A DNA stretch of 64,000 nt, taken from positions 1,044,967-1,108,966 of the forward strand of contig JAKMXF010000310.1 in NCBI GenBank assembly GCA_024704765.1, written 5' to 3'. The DNA comes from Oopsacas minuta. Lineage: Eukaryota; Animalia; Porifera. The notes below the pieces were generated by a model. It was not told the DNA's origin and searched no databases. It was given only the letters and a program-made list of their open reading frames with translations. The position numbers were made by a program, and so were the translations under genes. Shown in pieces: positions 11,504 to 25,710 of the stretch. Positions within the stretch are counted from its first letter, which is position 1. The number at the start of each line of letters is the position of its first letter.

Positions 11504-11975
11504 CTAAAAAGTAATGGGAAATAAATATTTGTGAACTGTGTACTATAATATGCAATATATAAGATATCCCTGAAGAGAAATAGATAGAATATCCCTGACT
11601 TATTGAGGATAACACAAACTCATAAACTAAAGAATACAATATATAATGAGGGAAAAATAGAAATATAAAGAATTTAGATGTTACTTAAAAAAGATACTAG
11701 TGTGATTCGTTTGTTATGTCATTACTCAATGGCATTATAGTCAGCACTGCGTGCCTCTGATTTAACTTAAGTAAGAAACAGCCAGATTTCTTAATCGTTT
11801 TAGTTGCTAAGCGGAGGGATAAATCGATAATCCGTGCCTCGAATTTCAAAAAGAACAGAAAAGTTATGAATTGATTATTCTTGGTCCATCCAAATTAGCT
11901 TTAATAGCTTTCTGACAGTAGAACTACTAACTAACTTATGGTCGTATTATTGATCTAGGCACTTCATGTCTCGAG

Positions 11976-12762
11976 TAGGGATCGACCGGGGCCGGACCCC
12001 GGCCAAAAAGTTGAGAACCCGGCACTTGGCCAGCAGGGGTGCTTAATGAAATTTATGCTAAGAGTTATTTCAAAAGCAAAACATCATAGGTTTGGCACGA
12101 AAGAAATCTAAATGCGAGATACCTAATCAAAATATATACGTATCTCTATATTATATCTAAATCTTGCTTGTATCAAATCTTCACTATCATCATCAATTTT
12201 CTCGACGTGTTGATTAGGCAGAACTACGTCAGGAGTAAGGCATTAGTTGATCGTGTTAAACAAGATCGCGATCCCGATTTCGATCATTTTTCCGATCTTT
12301 TGTGTAATATTCAAGACATATTTTGATAGTTACATCATTTCTTATGCCAAAAGAAACATAGGTGGAGAATCAACGTATTCTATGAACGAATATTACTGAT
12401 TGTTGAACCCAAATTTGAAACAATTACCTAAGTATAAAAAACGCTAATGATAGTAGCATTCAAAGTATACAAAAATGATCGAAAATTTTTGTGCAAAAAA
12501 GGATCGCGATCTTACATCCGATCCTTAATAAAACAATGATCGCCGATCGTCGCCAGATCATAAAAAGGTATCGCGAACGTGATCGAGCGATCAATGATCG
12601 TACGATCCTAATGCCCTAGTCAGGAAGTGGTTGAAGTAATTTGAATGAGCCAAATCCAACAGCTCTTAGGTTGTACTTGAGGAACTAGGAATCGACCGCC
12701 GGGCCTCGGTCCCGGCTGAAAATTGGTACTTTTTCCCGGCCCCGGCCTCCGGCCGATCCCTA
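11976..12762. mobile_element. hAT-type MITE (outer)
   Basis: TIR TAGGGATCG(A/G)CCGG with perfect 8-bp TSD GTCTCGAG (11968-11975 and 12763-12770). Confidence 0.88.
12236..12618. mobile_element. hAT-type MITE nested in the 11976-12762 element
   Basis: TIR TA(A/G)GGCATTAG with TSD GTCAGGA(G/A) and GATC-rich subterminal repeats. Related copies at about 48655-48790 and 62280-62350. Confidence 0.85.
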
Positions 12763-12799
12763 GTCTCGAGTAACAGGGAACTAAAAAATGTTTGAATAT

Positions 12800-13142
12800 A
12801 ATGAAGACGTCATAATTCCGTGATGAGTATGAGTTGGGTGAAGATCATAACGTGAGGAGATGGAAATGAATCATATTGAGGTGTACCTGTGATTCAAATT
12901 CCAACCATCTACCCTATACGTATTGACTGAGCAGTGGATAATAATGTGATTTATCGAATTCCGAAAGGTAACAATTACGTCATAGTTCATCATATTTGTG
13001 ATTTCTACCAAAATTAGAACTTGTCAAGCAAGTTCCAAAATACCACTCACTGGACCGTATGCCAAAATCAGCCCTGAGGGTCTTCAAGATTTTTAATCAA
13101 TTCCGAAAATACAAATTAACAATGATTAAATAGTATTTTAGA
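12800..13142 (-). mobile_element. Helitron H1 copy
   Basis: Reverse-strand A|TC start at 13142; homologous to 9777-10100. Confidence 0.65.
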
Positions 13143-13399
13143 TTGAATATAAATCGAGACGACTAAATAATCGCTTCCCACCATAAGTCCATATACAATA
13201 CCGAATTGAAAGAAAGAATCTACGTAGCTCAAATTTAGGGAGTGGTTAAGCTGTTAAAGCGGTCTTCCTTTTCCAACCACAAAAATGAACAACTTCTACT
13301 TTAAGTTGATTAAATCGTCGTAGTATAACGACTCCAATTAATCCCTACTTCCTGAAGTATGAAGATGTCTAAACCGAGATTCTAATTCCTCTAAGAGTT

Positions 13400-13680
13400 T
13401 TCGAATTTTCCGGAGACGAAGCCTTCGAGCATGGATGAACTACTATTTCCATAACACCCTTCACTTTCAATGACTTTGAAAGGAGATTTCCAAGGTGGAA
13501 AATCTAGTGTACTTTAAACTAGGTCAATCTCCTATTTTCCCAAAAACTGCAAGGAATACCTATCACTTGGAATCATTGATGGTCTTCAACAACAGCTCAC
13601 CCACAAACATTATACGACTCAAGCCAATAGCATCAATTTCCTACCTAACAGCTTGATAAATATCAAGTTTTCAATTCCTG
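13400..13680 (-). mobile_element. Possible Gypsy integrase C-terminal remnant
   Basis: PWKSPFKVIE...IVVH resembles the GPY/F-type motif. Heavily decayed. Confidence 0.3.
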
Positions 13681-14149
13681 TTATAGAATTACGAAGGTCA
13701 ATTTTCTATTTTATCTCGAAAAAAGATGCATTTTTAGCTTATTAAACTTCTTTGAAATGGCATATTGGCTTTTCAATATAACCGATAATATTTAGGGATG
13801 AAGCCAGGCTCTACCGTTTGAGGGGGCAGTGGCAACTAGTAGAGAAGTAGCAAGCAATTTAAATTGGTCAGGTTGACTTATAGTTCTATACAAATATGTG
13901 GACCAAGGCCTTCATCTGGGCGGGTGATTCACTGTGGGCAAAATGGGTACTTTAGTGGAAAGGGGCATCCATATAATTTGCTACATATGCGAAAATATTC
14001 ACTTATAGTAATTTGATAGTGAAAGATCAATTTGAAATATCAAAATTGGTATACAAGTAAAAAATAATACATTTTGACTTGATTTGAGATAAAATGTAGG
14101 TATGATATTTATGCTATTAAATTTGTTAATATTGGCGACCAACGAACTA

Positions 14150-14329
14150 CAGTAGAACTCGGATAAGACTTACCCCTTCGGGAAACAAAAAGTAGCAGGT
14201 AGTACCCAAAGTACGTCTTATCCCAATATTCTTCCAATACAATTAGTCCCAAATTGATCATCCGTTGTTGAGATAAGTAAGTGCTAACCAAATGTATGTC
14301 TTAAGCAGAGTATTAACCAGGTTCTACTG
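14150..14329. mobile_element. Tc1/pogo-type MITE
   Basis: TA flanks; TIR CAGTAGAAC(TC/CT)GG. Confidence 0.75.
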
Positions 14330-17300
14330 TATTATGTACACCACAACAATAAAATATATGATAATTACATTAAGCTTGTTTAAGTTGAATCAAGACTTAT
14401 GGTTGAAAGATAACAACATATGTATATGCCAATGGGGACAAGGTACATAGTCAATCGAGAAACTTCTAAACAAATGACAATTGTGCAGTTAAGAGAAAAT
14501 GTTTCGAGATCCGAATTGATGTTACAGTAGAAACAGTAGAAAGGCAACTAATGTGAAATGAAATAGCGATTGTTGTCCAGGGGCAACACCCTGGACAGCT
14601 CTTGGGACTAACAACGCCCCCCTCAGACATCAGGTTGATGATTATCCTCCCTCCACCAGAAATTCCTGGACCCACTACTGTATACCCATTAACTCAGACA
14701 GCCATAAAGTACTCGCAACCAGTGAAGTAGCCATGGGGTTTCCCATTATCCAGGAACCCGTGCTACATCTAAGTCGGATGCACTTTTTGCAGTGTTTTCA
14801 TTTCAGCAAATTGGTAAGTAATTGATGATGTTATAAGGGTTGTGCACAACTGAAAATTGTTTTCTGAACTAGCAGAAGTGGCTTCATTGAGCAACCCCAT
14901 TAAGAAACCCCCTTTCAAATTGTTGGCTATGCCACTGCTCGCAAAGCTTATGTTCAGCCTGCTACTTCCTTTGAATAATGACGGTTCTGCCATTGGTGCC
15001 CCCACTATTATCCGATTTCGAAGTTTGCACGTTGGTTAATATAGCATTAGGAAATTCGTGGAACATATAAGTATGTAGATTTCTTTAAAGTTCTCAAATT
15101 CCCAAGATATTTTCTCCTCCCAAAACCTAAACATCCACTTATTCCACTATGTTCACATACTATTCAAAGATAACATATCAAAATGTATTATTTGGTAAGG
15201 GAGGTCGGGAATATCCTATATATTGGCTTTCCTGATTTTACGAAAATTGTAACGATCTTTTTGCGAATTAGGGCCATATTGGGTGAGCGGATGCCCATGG
15301 AATTTGTGCGCCAACTCATATTCAGTTCCGCCATAATACAAAAGGATAGGGATGGTGGGCCAGATGTCATCTTCGCTCGCCAATGGTAACGAAAATCGAG
15401 TTAAAGTATATTGACAAAATAAGTGGAACCCAGGGTCTGCGCGATAAATCGGAAACGTCAAACGTGCCAACTTTTTCATGACAATATTTTATATAGTGTC
15501 AAAAACGGTTATAGATCATTAGGTATCAAAATTTGAATATAGATTATTAGTTAACCTTCTATATTATCTCAAAGCACGGACTTCCAAAATATACGGACTT
15601 TCAACTTCATTTTACTGTAAAATTAGCATAGGCAGAAAACAGGCACAAAATGTATTACAAAGTTATGGGAAGTTGGATTTTACTATATATTGGCTATCCT
15701 GATTTGACCATAACTTCATGGTCAAATTGGTAAAAACGCAAAACTACAAATAAATATGACTTCCCATACGCTAATAATATATTTCATGTGTCTAAAGCTA
15801 ACTGATATGGACATTGTGACAAAATTATCGTATAAGCAAATGTGTGAATATCGCATAACTTAGATTCCACAACTATTTCCGGTAAACTAATATGACCTTT
15901 GGACCCCAAAATATTACTTCCTATAAGATAAAAATACATTTTCAGTGTCTGTCATTAGCGGATTTCGGGATATCAAGAAGTATACTATACTGTTTTCCGC
16001 GGTAATTTCACCGTAAATTGAAGTTGAAAGTCCTTGTATTTAAGAAGTCCGTGCTCAAAGATGGAGTGTTTGCAATATATATTTGACAATTACGCCAGCA
16101 GATTAAGTCATTTCGATCGGAAAATTTTTACTATGTAAATTTTTGACAAAAGGAATAAATGTATGCAGATGATTCAATAGGAGTAGAACCCACTGTGCAT
16201 TTACGCTAAATGCTTCTTATGTCAGTCAAGTAGAAAAGCTAAACCTGTGTACCAGTAAAGAAATCTGTTTTTCAATAAAGCACTGGAGACACAAGAAAGG
16301 CCAGACGAATAGAAGTATAGATATTTACATTAAAGAAGCATCCGAAGACCTAGCGAAGCAGAGGTCTATGGGGAATGAGAAGTATATTTCGAAATATATT
16401 GGCCAAGCTTATTTTCTATTCAAGGAGAAAATTCCACATCCAACTAAATTTGAAATTTAGCATCCTTGATCCCTGACTTGTCGAATGAGTGATGATATAG
16501 ATATCTGGGCACAGGATCGAGACCACAATGAACTTAAAGGAAAAATATTATTTTAAGTTATTTGAGTTGTTCGATAAAGAGAATTTCACAGCCACCAATG
16601 ATCAGTGTTTCCCATAAGATATGTGTAAAGCGCTCATTTTAGGGATTGAGTTTCATATAGCCCTCATTTTAACGCTGCTGGATATCCTAAGCGCGTTAAA
16701 TGACGCGGTAACGCGGGATAGGGGAAACACTGCAAATGCTGCCGCCGCTTTCACTAAAAGTTAAGTTCGAACTAGGAAATTTAAGTAGCCTACCTAGGTT
16801 GCTTATGATAATTTTCTAACAATGACCTAGTGTACTTATTTTAAAAATGGAGGGCAATGCCCCCAATTTCCATCCTTGCACCCCCTTCCCACCTCCATTC
16901 TGGAACATGAAACATTCTTACTTATAGGATCTATTGTGCCCAATATGCATAGGACAATTAAGGCTTTCTTCTAACTCAGTGTTTCTCAACTTCCGACATC
17001 GCATTCCTCCCTTAGCGACCCTCAGGTTCTTCCATGCCTCCATATCTTTGAATCATCATTATACCTTATTCTTGTAATAGTAATGATTGATTTCAGTTAG
17101 TCGACCAAACAAACAATTGTTGTCTAATAATTGAGTGATTATCTTACCAATATCCAAGATTAGAATCGATTTTCGATTCGTTTATGCAACTTCAATGAGA
17201 ACCTTGGGCCTGATGCTCAGAAATTTTTTCGTTTTGGCATTTTGAATAGAACTACGTATAACAATCCAAAATATATAACAAATAATGCATAAAATATGAT

Positions 17301-18271
17301 GTTGACATCAGCACTTATACATTAGCTAAACAGTGATAATGTTACCGAACAAGTATTATTATTCATAAATATTAAAGGCCTATCTATATTCGATGTATAG
17401 ATGTTTGGATGTGTTTAATCAATATTATTTGGTTTGATATTATAATATAAATATTTGTCCAGGTTCTGAACCCGGTGAAGTCGAAATTAATTGACTAGGT
17501 GAATCGATTTTGAGTAGTCAGTAACCCATTAGACCTGGTTGATAATCCTTAAACAAAATCCTCCCTAATTCCTCCCCAGGGGGCCAAGTGGACCCCGTTG
17601 AGAATCATTGTCCTAACTCAATTATTGTTAGGAAATCTCATTTGAATTTCTTGTTTTTTTGAATTCCCTACACTTGGAATATTACTTCTTAACATTTTCT
17701 AGAGGGGTTGAACCTTTTTTTCGCTTACTCGCTACGCTCGTTCGTAATACGTATTGAATTTGAGAGGTCATTATTTGAGAACGGATAGAAATGTGGAAAT
17801 AGTCCAGTTTAACCCAGGGGTCAGGAATAATACAATCAATGTTACATAATTTCATGTATTATTTGTATGTAATGGATGAATTTAGGATCATGAATGTGGG
17901 GTATAATAATTATGTTAGAAAAGGATCCATGGACGGCTAGTGGTATGATCACATTTAATGCACCATTACGACCCTGAATAATTGGGAACAATTAGATAAT
18001 AAGGGTATACTTTCCAACTCTTGACTGAAAATCCCTGGATATAGGGAAAATATGTTGTACAATTCCTCGAACTCCTGAACCTCCAATTTTCTGCTGGCTC
18101 TCTACGCTCACCCGTACTTTTAAAATTTAACTTTACAATACAAAAAAGGTACTTTAAAAGTTACAATTGCCCCATTTAATGCGATCTGCCCCCCCCCCAA
18201 TATTTTCATTTTGTTACGCCGCTGGTCTAAACCCTTGTACCAGGATATTTTCCAAGGCCATTAACAAATTA

Positions 18272-18737
18272 CAGTGGATCCCGATTATTATCATACCTCT
18301 CGTGTATGAGTGATTTATAACATTAGGGGACGTTCATGTGTTACGTAACGCTACCAAGGGAGGAAGGTGGCATGCAAAGTGTGATAGTCCATCTTTTTTG
18401 TATTACAAAACAGTAAAAAAGCGTGATACAGGGAGGACCGGAGGCAAAATTTAGGGAAATTGGAGTTACGTAACGTTTGAACGGCGCCTTATCCAGGTTA
18501 TTCTATATCCGGGAAATAAGTTCCCCGCTATATGTAATATTTCTCGTATGAATGTGATATTATCCGGGATATTTTGGGAATCCAATTCGTATACGTAATA
18601 TGTGTATTGCCATTAAAATACTGAACAGGAACCTAAGCAAGTTGTTCCTGTTCAATATTAAATGACAACACGCAAAGTAGATTTTTATGAAATAAGCAGG
18701 TAGTCTATTAAGCGGTATGATGACACGGGATCCACTG
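18272..18737. mobile_element. Tc1/pogo-type MITE with a nested PIF/Harbinger-type MITE
   Basis: Perfect 12-bp TIR CAGTGGATCCCG with TA flanks. Confidence 0.8.
18326..18488. mobile_element. PIF/Harbinger-type MITE
   Basis: TTA TSD; 24-bp TIR at 19/24 identity (GG.G.CGTTCA...GTTACGTAAC). Confidence 0.65.
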
Positions 18738-20709
18738 TAACAAAAATAGGTATCTCCATAGCCTACTAAAGATACGGTCTGATCATTACTTTGGACTAGG
18801 GATAAGAGGAAGTGGAAATATTTTGATGGCAAATTCTATAATCGCCGATAATAAGAAACTGGTACGTTTTCACCCGAATAAATGTATTATTGATATGTAG
18901 GAATTCACAAAAGCCACACACTCGTGAAAATTCTCAGATCGAAGTGACGTCATTTGTTAGCGTAATGGGCAAATATATGTGAAAAACTGCTTCATCTTTC
19001 AAACCATGTAGAACGTTAATTATTAACCTTTGTTCAAAATGCAGTAGTTTCTATTAAAACCCCAAACCACCTCTACCGATGATAGGTATAAAGCACCGGT
19101 CTCACCAAGCTTATACACAAATGTCTCTATACACAACTGCCATACTCCTGTTATTCATAGAATTGATATGATCCAATTTACATCACAGAGTTTAGAATTA
19201 CGCAATAGTTCATAAATATTCTGCGTACGTTCTTATCTTTAGATTCCTAGTTCAATACAATTAGAAAACATCTGATTACAAAATAAGTTACAGACTGAAA
19301 TTGTATTCGCGGAGTCTCAGTTACAGTTGTCAGATTTCCAAATGCCAAACCCGGACAATTTACTCTCTACAGTGTTAACCATAATTCTGCTTAATATTGG
19401 ATTAAAATTCGAATGCGATATACATCGAACTCTGAAACAGTCATCCAGCATACAGGCCCGAAATGAGAACTTTGGGCTCATGCAATTAAATTATCCGGAC
19501 CCCTTGACATAGATGAATTTTCAGTAAGTAATTATCCTAAAATATTTGAACGACCGAGCGTAGCGATCGAATAGAGTTTTACCTTCTGCAAGGTAGTTCA
19601 CTGGACAATCAGTATATGTAATACCAAGGGGTAGTGATGTATCTCGCAAATTTATGACGAGCGAGCGTAGCGAGCGAGAACATTTCTGTGTTTTCCAAGA
19701 ATCTAGTCAAACTTAGATAAGTATAGAAGATATTGACAGTCCTAAGTAGTCGGAAAGTAATCAAAATTCTCCATTCCCGGACTCCGGACACGAATCACTT
19801 GAAAGCCAGATTGTCCGGCTCAACACCGACGCGTGGCAACCCTAATTACACTACTAAGTTTACTTGTAGATAATGTTAGCTTGGCCTAATACAAAATTGT
19901 CACAAATTGTCCATAATATCATATCTACAAATTTGTCAGAAATCAAGCCAAAATCGGGTTAAATACTACTTGCACACAAATTTGTTGTTTTCAATCGATT
20001 TATTATAAGTAAATATTTTCTCATCAGTAGCTAGTATATACATACCAATTTTCAGTAAAACACCTAACTGTGCCTACTGTGCGACACCTATATAAACCGG
20101 AAGACCTCTATAATCCGACAGTCTTTCTGTCCTGAAATGGCCTCAGACAATACAAATTTGCATCATAATTCGACATTTGATAAACCGACAAAATTTTCAT
20201 ATCCAATGAGTGTCAGTCTATGCAGGTTCCACTGTATTTATAATAATATGGGCCAAAATGATCACATCAGACTAAATGCTCTTCCAGCTGTTCGGATAGG
20301 CTAGGTGTCAGATAATTGAGGGTATACTGTACTCAGATAATATGTCTCGTTGATTTACGTAATTGCCACTTAATTCATTATGTTGCATTAGTAGTGTAGG
20401 ACTCAAAATTATTGTAGATTGACTGAATTAAAGCTGGATTTTATATGTCAATGTTTCCTAACAATCAAAGTATTATTAATTGAATCCTAACTCAATTCGG
20501 AAAAGTTAATTAAGATACTAACTAAATAAAAATGTATAAAATTAGAACCTGTGCCGACAACTTAGTATATTGGTTAAATTTGTTTAAATTGGCACTAGTG
20601 ATGGGAGGTACTATGTGTATTTGGATAACTTTTCGTTTATAGTGTCTCCAATTACTTGTGCCACTTTAAACAAATTTAATCTATATACTAAGCTGTTGGC
20701 ATAGGTTGT

Positions 20710-21200
20710 AATGTATCCCATTTGGCATCTACTATTCGATCTCATATAAAAATGTGCTATAAGCACTCTACAATTACGTGACGTAATGTTGACTTGGCAA
20801 AAAATCCAAAATATATACAAATTGTGAATGTGATTTTTTTGAAATCTGAAAAATCCACATTTTTGCTTGATCATCATTACTCCACCATGGTTACGTCATC
20901 ATTATCATGCGCAATGTGCCTGTCGTAACATTTAGTACACTTCATCAGTTGGAAATACTCTTCTCTCTCTCTCTCATAAAAAATTGAGCTATTAGCATTC
21001 TATTCGTGACGTCATGTTGACTTAGCAAAAAATATAAAAAATTTTTGAGAATGTGCCTTAACACTCACGTTTTGTCCAATTTTTCGAAATCTCACTTGTT
21101 AAAAAATTTGCTTCGTCATCTCCACTATGGTGACTTCATAGTTATGGTAGCCAATGTGTCCATCCTAACCTATACTACACTTCATTCTTTGTAAGTATTA
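20710..21200. repeat. GACGTCA-rich dispersed/tandem repeat family R
   Basis: Repeated AATGT.TCCCATTT.GCATCTACTA / TGACGTCATG units. Other copies at 4440-4564 plus 5933-5970 (split by the Tc1) and at 28190-28520. Confidence 0.65.
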
Positions 21201-21734
21201 CTGTACTGTTATCATTATTGAGTTATTCGCGGTTCAAATTTTACCTGGTTTATGACAAGCAAATCGCGCAAATTGTGTCGATAATTCTTTTTCTATATTC
21301 TAGCGATTGTGGAATAAGTTGAATCATGTAAATGCCATCGTATACTGTTTATACCTTCCTATTAGGATTTTGCTCCTTGTATTCTATTATCCAAAACCTA
21401 ATACAATTCCTATGGAAAATTCAGTAAGTGGTACAAAAGTGGCAAATTGTGTCAGATCAAATCGTAACCTTCAGTGCACACCGTACAGTAAAGACCCTTA
21501 ATCTATTATGGATTTGGGAGTGCACCGTCTACGGTTAAAGAAAAATTAAGAAAAAATATAGGCAACCATTTCAATACTAGCCCACTATACTAGAGAAAGT
21601 CGCAATTAGCCAATTTATAGAGAAAAATCGCCCTTTGGCCAATTTCATTTAATTTCTTTGGAAAAACATAGCAATCCATATCGAATATTGGCGACGTATA
21701 ATGAAAAACAAAGAAGAAGTTAAGACAAACTCAC

Positions 21735-21879
21735 CCACTTGTACCAGTTTCACCAAAGATATACTCTCCCAAAAAAAGGGCAGGGTAAACAGTCAATCTT
21801 AGAGACTCAATAAAATGAACTTGATTATCATCAATATCAGTAAGCGTAAGGTTGGAACCAAAACGTAAGATGTTCATTC
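21735..21879 (-). CDS. Host gene exon G (phase 1->2): MNILRFGSNLTLTDIDDNQVHFIESLRLTVYPALFLGEYIFGETGTS(gg)
   Basis: Acceptor ttttgcattttattcag and donor gg|gtgagt; 145 nt. L.L.DxD motif. Confidence 0.88.
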
Positions 21880-22022
21880 CTGAATAAAATGCAAAATAAC
21901 CTCATGTTGAGATCGAGGAAAATACACATGAATAATTATGTGTCCAAAGTCAAAAGTAAGTGTACATAGTAGTGTTTCATACTATCCATTAATAAAACGA
22001 AATTAATCTGAATATATATAAA

Positions 22023-22617
22023 CAAGCCTTTGGCTCGTCGCTTCACAATAAACTCGGCACATTGCGGCTCGAGGTATTCAACGGACAAACAAACAGAAAA
22101 AGAACAATTGAGATTTGATAATATTGATGATGATGTTTACTATATTCAGACTCAGCAAACTCGATTATCCCAGTATAGCCGTTGAAAGTATGATTCTACC
22201 CTTAATGTTGAAATTTATTTACTTTATGCACCTAAAAGTAAACAAATATTCACAAGAAATTGTTTACAATACCATATTCAGACTCAGCATACTCGATTAC
22301 CCCAGGATAGTCGTTTAAAGTGTGATTCTACCTCAATTTTGGAATTTGTCTACTTTATATTAATAACAAGTCAACAACAATAAATTTACATATGCGAAAA
22401 TTGAAAATGCGAAATTCGGATTCAGCGTACTTAGTTACCCTGGGTAGCCGTTTAGAGCAAGCCTGTATATATATTTTGAAATTTGGCTAATTTGTTTACT
22501 ATAATTCATAAAACAACAATAAATTTACATATGATTAATCCAAAAGTGTGAAAATCAAATTCAGCATGTTCGATATATTCAAACAAACAGACAAGAATTC
22601 AGATTTAATAATATAGA
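22023..22617 (-). mobile_element. Helitron H2 copy with internal repeats of about 130 bp
   Basis: Minus-strand A|TCTATATTATTAA start and GGCTTG|T end. Internal unit repeated at about 22140, 22273 and 22415. Confidence 0.65.
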
Positions 22618-22633
22618 TACGCATATATATAAT

Positions 22634-23030
22634 ATGTTTCTATGTCCAGAATTGATTGAAGAAACTGGAGGACAACCAGAACAGATTTCGGAATACAGGG
22701 GTATTTCGGGCCTGGCTCGGACAAGTTGGAGTTTTGGACGAAATTATGACGTCATTGTCACCTATTTGGATTTTCGAAAATCACATTATTCACCACTGCT
22801 CAGCCAATATACATGATAAAAGTTTGAAATTTGAATCACAGGTACCCCCTCAATGTGACAAATGTCCTGACGTCATGATTATTACCAAAAGCTAACTCAT
22901 CATGGGATTATCACGACATCATGACTGTACCAAAAAATCAAATTTTTACTAGCCATAAGCCACGTAGAAGCTCCAGTATAACCACAAAAGACCACTAAAT
23001 ATAATACGATGGATGATGGATAACACAGCC
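22634..23030 (+). mobile_element. Helitron H1 copy
   Basis: Shares GAATTGATTGAAGAAACTGG...GAATCACAGGTACCCC...AGCTCCAGTAT with the 9777 copy. Confidence 0.7.
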
Positions 23031-23629
23031 CTGCGGAAAAAAAATTTTATTTGCTGATTGTTATTGCAAAACATTTTCTAATCCACATTTTAATACTGAT
23101 TTTGAATAATTTTGTAAAATATACGTATCATGTCTAGTTTTTTTGCAAAATTATTTTTAAATATTGGTATATTTATCGATGAATGCATGATACCTCTCAA
23201 GTAAAATAGTGAAAATCTGCCATTTATAAATTNAGTTAAGCGGAATTTAGGTGTTGACCAGATTAAGCGGAGTAAATTAATACTATTCTATGGTTTTGTT
23301 CTTGGCCAAGTGACCTGATTAACCGGTGGCCCAAGCTTAACCGGTGACCCGATTAAGCGGAGTCGATTGTAATTCAACTTCAATCTATGATATTTAGAAT
23401 TTGTTTGTCCACATTAACCGAATTATTGCCCATATTAACCGTAGTAATATAGTACACGTAATATAGAAATGAATCCGTCCCTGGTAAAATGTCCACATTA
23501 TGCGGCTGCCCACATTAACCGGTGCCCACATTAAGCGGAATCCACTGTAATAATTAGCAAGCTCATATACGCTTTTTCATCCTTTGTTACTCAGAAGTCT
23601 AGAAACTCCTTCAAACCATATAATAGCAG

Positions 23630-24400
23630 CAATCAGAAATACAAAGTTTTTTGCCAAAACTGGAGTAGTCGGACATCAACTTTCTTTCCTGAAGATGTCC
23701 CAATGAGCTGTAAGTGCCTGTCGTCTGCGTCGAAATTCAACGCTGTAGAAATAGCTCCAGAGTCTGTGCAAAGCTTGGTAGGATTTCCAATACCCTGCCA
23801 GTCGCCCCTGCATAAGAGAGCCATCTAGTCCCTTCGACATCCATTAACCCTTTAAAGCGACCGGTCTCGAACGGACTCTTTAATCGTTTCTTCCTTTTAG
23901 TTGGACATATTAAAATATGCATACAGAGACTGTACAAACTTCGAAAGCACTCACTCCTTCTTCATTAACCCATAGATCCCATTTTTGTCAGGAGACATAT
24001 TGGCCGCCCCATCGAAGATGACTCACACTAATATTTCGAACACGAAAACCTTCGTCAATAGCTTGGAATATACATGGCACTCCAGTGGAATCTATACTCG
24101 CGATGAATATAAATTCTTCTCTGGTTTCAGCCGTTTCGTAATCAAGAAACCAGGAATATACGCCAAGGAAACTTTGTTTGAAATGCTAGTTTCGTCTGAA
24201 AGCAGAGTCCAACTACCGTACTTTTTGATTGAGGAACGGAGCTTATTAGACATCCTCTCATCGAGTACCTCATGCTTTATGTATTAGTAGGATATTTTAT
24301 AACCTAGAGGTCGCATGATCGCAAGCAGGCCTATATTTTCGGCCAGAGCCTGGTCTGAATTGATTATAAGCACAATGACATACATGATCACAGAGAATAA
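23630..24400 (-). pseudogene. Decayed hAT transposase core (ZMYM1/DUF4371-type)
   Basis: Minus-strand frames give TLLSDETS (about 24190), FDGAANMS (about 24000) and GTRWLS (about 23825), with frameshifts and stops. Confidence 0.8.
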
Positions 24401-25639
24401 TGTATCAAGTCTAAAATGACTCATAATGGTGATGGACAAGCACAATGGAGGAGTTGAGACACAAATTTGAAATTGGTACATTAATAGATCAGTTGAATAT
24501 GCTTCGTGGATACAAGTTCAAATGCACAGATAATTGCCCACATGGTCATACATATATTCAAAGGTGGAGTATTTGTGTATTTTGCCAGAACACTCAAATT
24601 TGTATAGCAATTTCATCTGGTGCCTTTACCCAATATTGCTGAAAGTAATTGTGGTGATACATCAGAATATAGATAATAGATTTACGGCTACATAAATTAC
24701 AATAACCTTAAAGCTAGGGGGATATTAGAAAATTCAATTTGACGTAAAGTTGACCTTTGAGACACCATGGTTTTCAAATGAAGAATGTTTCACTGATTTT
24801 GAGGAGAAATTCGAAAAGCTATAGGGCAGTAAATACCCAGCATGCCAATTTATAATTTCCCATCATCCCGGAATGCAAAATATGTACCACAAAATGTTGA
24901 AGATTGGGAGATAGGGAAATATGATGGAATAATGGGAAATTTGGGAAATTCTTAGTCTATCAATTAAATTATTAGAAGTGGCTAGTGGTTGGAGGCACAA
25001 TGGTATTTGATTAAATTTAACATAGTATAATGCCTTCAATACTATTTCCTCTTTCAACAAATGAATTAATAGACTAAGCTGTAGGCACAGCACAGATTGT
25101 AACTTTAGATTATTTCCTTGTACTCGACATCTTCCTGTAGATGGAAAAATTGACTGCAAGATGGCCATGTAGGAGAGCGAGCAATCTTTGCAATACTAGG
25201 TGCAATAAAGGGAAAACTTGCAGGAATAAAGATCTAGTGGTCAAGAACGATTGCATTGAGTGAATATTCATAATTATTCAGTATGGTCTTTTATTTCTAA
25301 AGCTAATTATCAAAATAAAGGTCATTCGTCAACTTATTAATGAATAATGAGAAACAGTTCACTACGGTTAATTGGGAAACTTATCCATCAAGAATTAGGG
25401 AAAACAATAGAAATAATACAGAAAATTAAATGTTAATCGGGAACTCCGGCTGATTGGGACAAAGAATCTGGGATACACGTGTCCCGATTAAGCAAATTTG
25501 ACAAAATATATAAACTAGTAATTAATCCAATTCTTATATCTGGAGAAGCAAGGAGCAAGCCAATAGCTATGCCCTGGTCCCCTGCTGTACAATGTACATC
25601 ATGTATCTCTAGCCCAAAGGCAATGTCAAGCTAAAATAC

Positions 25640-25710
25640 TCCCTTCCGTATACTGAATTTCTTCATCATAGTAAACATTTGAATAGCCAGTGAACACTCT
25701 CACAGTATTA
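25640..25710 (-). CDS. Candidate host exon (phase 2->1): NTVRVFTGYSNVYYDEEIQYTEG(a)
   Basis: IQYTEG matches IEYTEG, and the phase-1 end fits exon G. The acceptor (aataaaacag) lacks a pyrimidine tract. Confidence 0.35.

Noticed and set aside
14440-15040. GC-richer island with short ORFs (weak Tc1 HTH-like RIDVTVETVERQL)
   Set aside because: No consistent frame or diagnostic motif.
23233-23233. Single N base
   Set aside because: Assembly ambiguity, not a biological feature.
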